Positions 1-6,191 of a DNA stretch of 43,689 bases are shown here, piece by piece. Source of the stretch: a virus (Duplodnaviria; Heunggongvirae; Uroviricota; Caudoviricetes); the IMG/VR virus record IMGVR_UViG_3300045988_038444, positions 1 to 43,689 of that record. One strand, given 5' to 3'. The position numbers and the translations under genes were made by a program. A model generated the notes under the pieces. The model saw only the letters and a program-made list of their open reading frames with translations. It did not search any database and was not told where the DNA came from. The first letter of the stretch is position 1. Each line of letters begins with the position of its first letter.

Positions 1-105
1 CCTGTAGCAGCGCCTACACCAGCGGCAGCACCTGTAGCAGCGCCTACACCAGCGGCAGCACCTGTAGCAGCGCCTACACCAGCGGCAGCACCTGTAGCAG
101 CGCCT
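1..105 (+). repeat. Tandem 30-bp repeat (cctgtagcagcgcctacaccagcggcagca, about 3.5 copies) inside a coding region; it encodes a (PVAAPTPAAA)n Pro/Ala-rich linker
   Basis: Exact tandem copies are visible at 1-30, 31-60 and 61-90, with a partial copy at 91-105; frame 1 stays open to the stop at 247-249. Confidence 0.85.
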
Positions 106-249
106 GTGAAGGTGATGACTGAAAAAGCAGGTGGTGTAACTTACGAACAGTTTATTGCGCAAGGTTGGAACGATGAACAACTGATCGCTAACGGTTATAT
201 GGTAATGACCACCCCGGCCCCGAATTTTCTCAACGGTAACGGTTACTGA
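1..249 (+). CDS. Partial CDS: C-terminal end of a repeat-linker protein (Pro/Ala linker followed by ...VKVMTEKAGGVTYEQFIAQGWNDEQLIANGYMVMTTPAPNFLNGNGY*). It probably continues the ORF that runs off the 3' end of the window
   Basis: Frame 1 is open from position 1 to TGA at 247-249. The Pro-rich PVA repeats resemble the VEPPVSR/APVAR repeats at 43500-43640. Confidence 0.45.
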   Translation, partial: PVAAPTPAAAPVAAPTPAAAPVAAPTPAAAPVAAPVKVMTEKAGGVTYEQFIAQGWNDEQLIANGYMVMTTPAPNFLNGNGY

Positions 250-291
250 TAGTTACTGGAACTGGGACGACATACCGCTTTAAACAGACAT

Positions 292-312
292 GGGGCCATA
301 GTGCCCCATTTA
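292..312 (+). promoter_or_regulatory. Conserved 21-mer GGGGCCATAGTGCCCCATTTA, copy 1, about 16 nt upstream of an ATG
   Basis: The same 21-mer (1 mismatch) recurs at 591-611 upstream of the next gene. It contains the short inverted repeat GGGGC..GCCCC. Confidence 0.4.
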
Positions 313-327
313 TCAACGAGGTATAAA

Positions 328-582
328 ATGAATCAAGAACAATTTGTACAAGAACAAGAAATGTTTGAAAAATTATCTTTAGAAGACCAATTGTCATACG
401 TAAAGAAACACGGAGTGATTCAAAAAAGATTTAATAGCGTTTTAAGAACTTCCCGTGAAAATTTTGGTAAATTTTATTTCGCGTATGAAGTGCAAAACGG
501 TTATGGGTGGCGATTTGCACGCGCTTCTACAAAAGAAGAAAGTGATCGGTTATATAATGAATGGGTCAATAAGCGTTCATAA
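328..582 (+). CDS. Hypothetical early protein (84 aa)
   Basis: ATG at 328 preceded by GAGG; the track ORF 301..582 is trimmed to the first ATG. Confidence 0.5.
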   Translation: MNQEQFVQEQEMFEKLSLEDQLSYVKKHGVIQKRFNSVLRTSRENFGKFYFAYEVQNGYGWRFARASTKEESDRLYNEWVNKRS

Positions 583-590
583 CTGAAAAC

Positions 591-611
591 GGGACCATAG
601 TGCCCCATTTA
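591..611 (+). promoter_or_regulatory. Conserved 21-mer GGGACCATAGTGCCCCATTTA, copy 2, 17 nt upstream of the polymerase ATG
   Basis: Direct comparison with 292-312. Confidence 0.4.
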
Positions 612-628
612 CTTATCAGGGTTTTATT

Positions 629-2485
629 ATGTCAGATGCTTACGTTCACGATATTGAAAACTATCCTAATGTTTTTCTGTTCGGTGCTATTCACGCGTTA
701 ACTGAAACACCTTATATTTTTGAGATTTCACATCGTCGCGATGATCGTCAGGCTTTTTACCTGTTCACAGAATATTTGCGTGAACATCGTGCTGAAGAAG
801 TTGGTTATAACAATCTGGGTTACGACTATCCTGTTCAGCATTCTATTTTGAACAACATCATGTATATCACCAACGCAGACATTTACAAAAAAGGTGATTC
901 GATAATTAACGCTGGTGATGAAAATCGTTTTGCTCATATGGTGTGGGAAAAAGACTGGATAGTTCCCCAACTTGATTTGTATAAAATTCATCATTTCGAC
1001 AATCAGGCAAAACGAACAAGTCTGAAAACACTTGAATTCAATATGAGAATGGAAAACATTGAAGACCTTCCGTTTACCCCAGGGACTTATTTAACCGATT
1101 CTCAAATTGATACGCTTCGTCAATATCTGATACACGATTTGAAAGCGACTTTGATGTTTTATAAACACAGTAAAAAGCTGATAGATTTTCGTCGTGAACT
1201 TTCTGCTAAATACGGTCGTAATTTCATGAACCATAATGACACGAAAATCGGTAAAGACTATTTCATTATGGAACTTGAAAAATCAGGTATTCAATGTTTC
1301 GAACCGTGTAGCAGAAAACCACGACAGACGCACAGACCATCAATCGCATTGAACAGTGTGATTTTCCCTTATGTCCGTTTTGAACAGCCTGAATTTAATC
1401 GTGTTCTTAACTGGTTACGTCAGCAGGTCATCACTGAAACAAAAGGTGTATTTACAGATTTAAGCGCAGACATTAACGGGTTCTCGTTTGATTTTGGTAC
1501 GGGTGGTATCCACGGGTCTATTGAATCTCAAACTATCAGGTCCACTGAAAATTATGTGATCATCGATCTGGACGTTGCCAGTTTTTACCCGAACCTTGCG
1601 ATCAGTAATGAACTTTATCCGGCACATCTGGGAAAACAATTTTGCACCATTTATAAAAATGTTTACGACATGCGTTCCAGTTACCCGAAAGGTACACCAG
1701 AAAATGCAATGTTAAAACTGGCGTTAAACGGTGTGTATGGTGACAGTAATAACGTATACAGTCCATTCTACGATCCTGCTTATACAATGGCTATTACGAT
1801 TAATGGACAGTTACTTTTGTGCATGTTGGCTGAAGAACTTCTGAAAATCCCTGGTTTGTCCATGATCCAGGCTAACACAGATGGTCTTACGGTTTACGTA
1901 CCACGAGTGTTTACCGGACAAGTAGAACAGGTTCGTCACGCGTGGGAAAAATTAACCAGACTCCAGCTTGAAGAAGCGATTTATGACGTGATGTTTATTC
2001 GCGATGTAAATAATTACATCGCTGTTTATGAAGGCGGTAAGAAAGTTAAACGTAAAGGCGCTTATTGTCACAGTGTTGATCTGGGTTGGCATCAAAACCA
2101 CAGTATGCAGGTTGTTGCAAAAGCGGCTGAAGCAGCACTGGTACACAATAAAGACATTCATGATTTTATAACATCACACGAAGACATTCACGATTTCATG
2201 TTAGTGACGAAAGTACCGCGTAACAGCAAGTTATTATGGGGTGATAAACAGGTTCAGAACATTACCCGTTATTACGTCAGTACAGATGGTGCACCTTTGA
2301 CAAAAGTCATGCCACCGCTGGCAAAATCACTGAAACTGAACCCTGATGCGCCTGAACGCCGCATGTCCGTGTGCAAAGGTTGGTTGACCACTGAGTGCAA
2401 CGACATGAAACGTTTTAACCGGGCAACGCTAAATTATGATTTTTACATCAAAGAAGCTGAAAAACTCGTTGCACCACTTCGGTAA
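629..2485 (+). CDS. Compact family-B DNA polymerase (618 aa)
   Basis: Pol motif A DLDVASFYPN, motif B KLALNGVYG and motif C NTDGLTVYV. Candidate exonuclease motifs: ExoI HDIEN near the N-terminus, ExoII HHFDN and ExoIII YLIHD. The size is phi29-like. Confidence 0.7.
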   Translation: MSDAYVHDIENYPNVFLFGAIHALTETPYIFEISHRRDDRQAFYLFTEYLREHRAEEVGYNNLGYDYPVQHSILNNIMYITNADIYKKGDSIINAGDENRFAHMVWEKDWIVPQLDLYKIHHFDNQAKRTSLKTLEFNMRMENIEDLPFTPGTYLTDSQIDTLRQYLIHDLKATLMFYKHSKKLIDFRRELSAKYGRNFMNHNDTKIGKDYFIMELEKSGIQCFEPCSRKPRQTHRPSIALNSVIFPYVRFEQPEFNRVLNWLRQQVITETKGVFTDLSADINGFSFDFGTGGIHGSIESQTIRSTENYVIIDLDVASFYPNLAISNELYPAHLGKQFCTIYKNVYDMRSSYPKGTPENAMLKLALNGVYGDSNNVYSPFYDPAYTMAITINGQLLLCMLAEELLKIPGLSMIQANTDGLTVYVPRVFTGQVEQVRHAWEKLTRLQLEEAIYDVMFIRDVNNYIAVYEGGKKVKRKGAYCHSVDLGWHQNHSMQVVAKAAEAALVHNKDIHDFITSHEDIHDFMLVTKVPRNSKLLWGDKQVQNITRYYVSTDGAPLTKVMPPLAKSLKLNPDAPERRMSVCKGWLTTECNDMKRFNRATLNYDFYIKEAEKLVAPLR

Positions 2486-2524
2486 ACCGTATAGAATTAT
2501 TTAAAACTTATTGAGGCGATAACA

Positions 2525-3061
2525 ATGCATACTTCACACAAATTTGTAACTGGTTCACCGATTGGTGTCTTTACTCCCGGTAAAATTTACAACCGTGTTG
2601 ACGGGTTCACCCGTGACGGTCGTTCCCGTGGTTTTTATATTGATGACCGTGGTGAATTCCGTTTAACAGATGATGATATGTTCGAACCTGCAGAACAGAT
2701 CCAACTGCGTTTACCACAGATGCCAATGTTTCCGGCCCGTCAGGAACGTCTTAAACTGGCTGCACGCTGGGGAACGTCTGAAATCAGTATCAGTAACTGG
2801 TACAAAGTTGATGACCTGATGAAACCGTGGCGCATCGGTGACGCTATCTGTGGTACTCGTGTTCTTACAGAACCTAATACAACGACGTTTAAACCCGGTG
2901 AACTGGCTGAACTGGCTAATTCCCGTGGTTATCTGCTGTCAGAATTATCCGTTCGTTGGGGGTGGCATTATGGATGTGAAACTTTACACACTATCAGCAT
3001 GGATCCGCGTCGTGTTGCGCTTATCTGGGATATGTTAGAAGGAATGAATCGTCATGACTGA
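2525..3061 (+). CDS. Hypothetical protein (178 aa)
   Basis: Track ORF with an ATG start; the AGGCG upstream is a weak SD. Confidence 0.5.
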   Translation: MHTSHKFVTGSPIGVFTPGKIYNRVDGFTRDGRSRGFYIDDRGEFRLTDDDMFEPAEQIQLRLPQMPMFPARQERLKLAARWGTSEISISNWYKVDDLMKPWRIGDAICGTRVLTEPNTTTFKPGELAELANSRGYLLSELSVRWGWHYGCETLHTISMDPRRVALIWDMLEGMNRHD

Positions 3062-3401
3062 TTACAGTAAGATGGATGATAGAGATATTGATCGCCTTGT
3101 TTTGAAAGTTATTTACGGTGTTCATGCTGACGATAAAGATATCCAAGGTTGTTGGTCACGGGGCGGTTTCAAATATACCACTAATCCGACTGACGCAATG
3201 CCGATTATTATTGAAAATAAAATTAGTATTGTTTCAACAGATTCATCGTGGATCGCTTTACCTGACAATGCTGCTATTGATGGAATTACTGGTGATGCGA
3301 CAGAAATGATTTATGCGGATGACTCATGTGTTATTCACGCTAACCCACTCCGTGCCGCAATGATTGTGTTCTTACAGATGCAGGAAAACAACCATGATTA
3401 A
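3054..3401 (+). CDS. Hypothetical protein (115 aa), possibly DUF2591-like
   Basis: Track ORF overlapping the previous stop; the segment YTTNPTDAMPIIIENKISI resembles the DUF2591 phage family (by recall only). Confidence 0.4.
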   Translation: MTDYSKMDDRDIDRLVLKVIYGVHADDKDIQGCWSRGGFKYTTNPTDAMPIIIENKISIVSTDSSWIALPDNAAIDGITGDATEMIYADDSCVIHANPLRAAMIVFLQMQENNHD

Positions 3402-3744
3402 ACTCTGTTACATTGCCGGGCCTTATCGTGCTGATTGTGCGCTTAAAACATCCCGTAACGTGTCGCGCGCTGAACAGGCAGGTAAACGACTTGCTTTACA
3501 ACGTCCGGGGTGGTTCCCGGTTATCCCTCACAAGAACACCGAATTGTGGGACTTTGACGGCGGTTTACGCAATATACAACCCGAATACTACTTGTCAGGC
3601 ACATTAGAAGTTATGCGCCGTTGTGATGCCGTTCTGGTACTTCCTGATTATCGTCGTTCGTCCGGGACTATTGCGGAAATTGCAGAAGCTGAACGTCTGG
3701 GTATTCCTGTGTATTACAGTGTGGAGAGTATCCCACATGGTTGA
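3394..3744 (+). CDS. Nucleoside 2-deoxyribosyltransferase-like (DUF4406-like) protein (116 aa)
   Basis: Start trimmed to ATG 3394 with AGGA 8 nt upstream. The N-terminus has YIAGPYRAD and the segment VLVLPDYRRSSGTIAEIAEAERLGIPVY. Confidence 0.5.
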   Translation: MIKLCYIAGPYRADCALKTSRNVSRAEQAGKRLALQRPGWFPVIPHKNTELWDFDGGLRNIQPEYYLSGTLEVMRRCDAVLVLPDYRRSSGTIAEIAEAERLGIPVYYSVESIPHG

Positions 3745-4516
3745 TGTTAAGTTATTTAATCAAGATTGTTTGTTCATGATGAACTTCATTACTGAAAAAT
3801 CTATTGATTTAATTCTTACAGATCCTCCGTATGGTACAACTGCTTGCAAATGGGATTCGATAATAGATTTAGATTTAATGTGGTCAAATTTAAATCGAAT
3901 CATTACGGATAAAGGGGCAATCGTTCTTACGGCAACACAACCATTTGCAAGTATTTTAGTAAATTCAAACATCAAAATGTTTAAATACGATTGGGTGTGG
4001 AATAAATCAAAACGAACTGATTTTGTAAGAGCAAAACTAAAACCAATGGGTGGTCACGAAAGCGTTTTGGTTTTCAGTAAAGGTTCTGTTGCGAATGGTG
4101 CATCTTCAATGATGAACTATTACCCACAAGGTTTGAAACGTATTAATAAAGTAGCTAAAAACGGCGGCGGTGGTTCTGGTTTTTTGGGTCGTAATGGTGA
4201 AAATTTAGGACCAAATAACAAGCTACACAAACCTACGTATATTCAAGAATTTACAGGATACCCATGCACTCAATTGAATATTCAGAGTGAGAATAAAACA
4301 GTTCATCCCACGCAAAAACCTGTAGAGTTAATGGAATATCTTATTTTAACTTACACAAAAGAAGGTGATACGGTTTTAGATTTCACAATGGGTAGTGGAA
4401 CAACAGGTGTTGCTGCCGTGAAAACTAATCGTAATTTTATCGGTATAGAGTTAGATAAAGAATATTTCGAAATTGCTAATAAACGTATTAATTTGGCATT
4501 GATGGGTATTTACTAA
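3737..4516 (+). CDS. DNA methyltransferase (N6-adenine/N4-cytosine, beta-class order: motif IV DPPY before motif I FxGSGTT)
   Basis: Start trimmed to ATG 3737 with GGAGAG SD. Motifs ILTDPPYGT and DFTMGSGTTGVAA; C-terminal NFIGIELDKEY. Confidence 0.8.
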   Translation: MVDVKLFNQDCLFMMNFITEKSIDLILTDPPYGTTACKWDSIIDLDLMWSNLNRIITDKGAIVLTATQPFASILVNSNIKMFKYDWVWNKSKRTDFVRAKLKPMGGHESVLVFSKGSVANGASSMMNYYPQGLKRINKVAKNGGGGSGFLGRNGENLGPNNKLHKPTYIQEFTGYPCTQLNIQSENKTVHPTQKPVELMEYLILTYTKEGDTVLDFTMGSGTTGVAAVKTNRNFIGIELDKEYFEIANKRINLALMGIY

Positions 4517-4531
4517 CAAAGAGGATTGCTT

Positions 4532-4765
4532 ATGTCCACAATCGTTGAATTCAACCCTATGGATCCTGCTAAACGCCCGACAGGACGCTTTGCAAGATTG
4601 CCACAAACACGCGAACAGTTTTTTCCATTGTTAAACATGCGAGGGATTAAAACAGACCCACACGGGTTGATAGGAACATCCTTGTTTATGTACCGGACTG
4701 AATATCCGGTTCCTGCATCGTGGATTGAAGTATCGGTTGAAGATTTACTTAAGACTGTCTACTAA
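4532..4765 (+). CDS. Hypothetical protein (77 aa)
   Basis: ATG 4532 with GAGGA SD; its 3' end overlaps the converging o-spanin gene. Confidence 0.4.
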   Translation: MSTIVEFNPMDPAKRPTGRFARLPQTREQFFPLLNMRGIKTDPHGLIGTSLFMYRTEYPVPASWIEVSVEDLLKTVY

Positions 4766-4993
4766 CGCATTATGCATAGTTGCACATTTGAAATAAATAT
4801 CTAACCACTGGTCATTAACATCTGTTGAATCATTTCCTGTCAGACCGTTCAGCCGTGGAAGGTTTTCGGTCTGACACTTCTGAACTAATGCGGCCTGATA
4901 AACGGGCTTCTGCTTCGGTAACTCGTTCGTTGTACAGGCGTTGATATTCAGAAGTAAGACACTCATTACGAAAAACAGTATTAGTCTTTTCAT
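4745..4993 (-). CDS. Outer-membrane spanin (o-spanin, Rz1-like lipoprotein), partly embedded in the i-spanin gene in another frame
   Basis: Signal peptide MKRLILFFVMSVLLLNINAC with an INAC lipobox; overlaps 4830..5228. Confidence 0.55.
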   Translation of the reverse strand: MKRLILFFVMSVLLLNINACTTNELPKQKPVYQAALVQKCQTENLPRLNGLTGNDSTDVNDQWLDIYFKCATMHNALVDSLK

Positions 4994-5228
4994 GTCGTAT
5001 TTCCACGATTTTAGTATTCTGTGACCAGCCAGCTAAACCACGAAGTACATCATCCGCCAGTTCCTGTTGTGCCTTTAACCGTTGTTGTTCCCGTTGTGCA
5101 TCGTCTAAACGTTCCTGACGTTCTTCATTTACCCGTACTTTATATCCCGCGTGGTAACACGTATACGCACCTACGCTTAACACAAGAACGGTCGCAACAA
5201 CGGTGATTAACACACTACGGGTTGTCAT
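4830..5228 (-). CDS. Inner-membrane spanin (i-spanin, Rz-like)
   Basis: N-terminal TM helix LITVVATVLVLSVGAY followed by a charged coiled-coil; classic overlap with the o-spanin. Confidence 0.6.
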   Translation of the reverse strand: MTTRSVLITVVATVLVLSVGAYTCYHAGYKVRVNEERQERLDDAQREQQRLKAQQELADDVLRGLAGWSQNTKIVEIRHEKTNTVFRNECLTSEYQRLYNERVTEAEARLSGRISSEVSDRKPSTAERSDRK

Positions 5229-5445
5229 TTGGCGTACCTCGTTGTTTATCTACAGCGATTTTTTTAGCACCAACATACTGACCTATACAGAAACCGAAAT
5301 AGGTTAACAACACTGTATCATCAAGTGTGCGGTCCACGGCCTGGTAAATCAGAATGCCTGTTACCACGAGGAAGCCTAAAGCCGCTTGTGCGCGGCTTAA
5401 AGAGATCCCCCCGGTTGTGTTACGTAATATACTGAATTTATCCAT
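5215..5445 (-). CDS. Holin-like small membrane protein (2 TM, 76 aa)
   Basis: Start trimmed to ATG 5445 (MDKFSIL...). Two hydrophobic helices; sits immediately downstream of the endolysin. Confidence 0.4.
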   Translation of the reverse strand: MDKFSILRNTTGGISLSRAQAALGFLVVTGILIYQAVDRTLDDTVLLTYFGFCIGQYVGAKKIAVDKQRGTPNDNP

Positions 5446-5455
5446 GATTGTTATC

Positions 5456-5845
5456 TCACGCGGGATATTTCGCATGTGGTAACTGGAAGTGTGGACCATC
5501 TTTCAGTGTTTTCCAGTCACCACCCCATTCAACAGGGATATTCAGTTCTTTTGCAGCCTGTTTAAATGCAGTGGCAATTTGTTCGTAATACTTCCACTCC
5601 CACGACCCGGCAGATGTAGGATAAGCAAATACATCCACGGCGTGACCCGAAATATGGCGACTGTTCATCGTCTGACTTTTACCTGCAGCAACCAGTTGTC
5701 GTTGTCGTTCAACAGTTCGTAAACCTTCTGTGATACCGAAATCAACGGGTGATAACTGAAGTGCCCGACGCACGATTTTCACAAGATCTGAATTAACCCC
5801 TTTCAGATTATTTTCACTTCTCTGACTGAATTTAAAGTTACTCAT
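5456..5845 (-). CDS. Endolysin, L-alanyl-D-glutamate peptidase (M15-like, T5 Lys-type)
   Basis: SRHISGHAVD zinc-binding motif and the general similarity pattern of T5-type endolysins. Confidence 0.75.
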   Translation of the reverse strand: MSNFKFSQRSENNLKGVNSDLVKIVRRALQLSPVDFGITEGLRTVERQRQLVAAGKSQTMNSRHISGHAVDVFAYPTSAGSWEWKYYEQIATAFKQAAKELNIPVEWGGDWKTLKDGPHFQLPHAKYPA

Positions 5846-6165
5846 TGCTTACTCCCGGTTTTACGTTGTTCCGCTTTCAAACCTTCAATAACAACTTTCA
5901 GGTCATTTGTTGACTGTGTTAGCTCTTTAACACTGGTGAGGATTTCAGCGTTCTGTGTTGCCTGATATTCAATTTTGATATCATGGACATCTACACGGGA
6001 TTCCACTCGTTTTGCCAGATTGAGCGCCTCGTGCGCATAGGTTTTTGCATCTACAATATCTTTTTCATTAGAATTGATTTGGTTTTGAGTTACCCCGTAA
6101 CCTACCAACCCCGTGGCAACAAATGCTATTATAGGCCAATACCTCAACACTGGGTTATCAGACAT
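5842..6165 (-). CDS. Lysis-associated membrane protein (holin/antiholin candidate, 107 aa)
   Basis: N-terminal TM helix then coiled-coil. It is the first gene of the lysis cassette, with AGGAG SD; the divergent tail-fibre ATG is only 27 bp away. Confidence 0.4.
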   Translation of the reverse strand: MSDNPVLRYWPIIAFVATGLVGYGVTQNQINSNEKDIVDAKTYAHEALNLAKRVESRVDVHDIKIEYQATQNAEILTSVKELTQSTNDLKVVIEGLKAEQRKTGSKQ

Positions 6166-6191
6166 TGTTCTACACTCCTGGAGACTTAAAG

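Noticed and set aside
1-105. Tandem repeats at 1-105, 27096-27215 and 43500-43640 as possible CRISPR arrays
   Set aside because: The repeats are directly contiguous with no spacers and sit in open reading frames encoding Pro/Val-rich heptad or decapeptide linkers; there are no cas genes.
728-2161. Minus-strand ORFs 728..994, 1602..1787 and 1952..2161 inside the polymerase gene
   Set aside because: They lie antisense within a motif-bearing long CDS, have low-complexity hydrophobic translations and lack an SD.
4837-4880. Long inverted repeat GTCAGACCG...CGGTCTGAC as a terminator
   Set aside because: It lies inside the o-spanin/i-spanin coding overlap, has a 21-nt loop and is not followed by a U-run.
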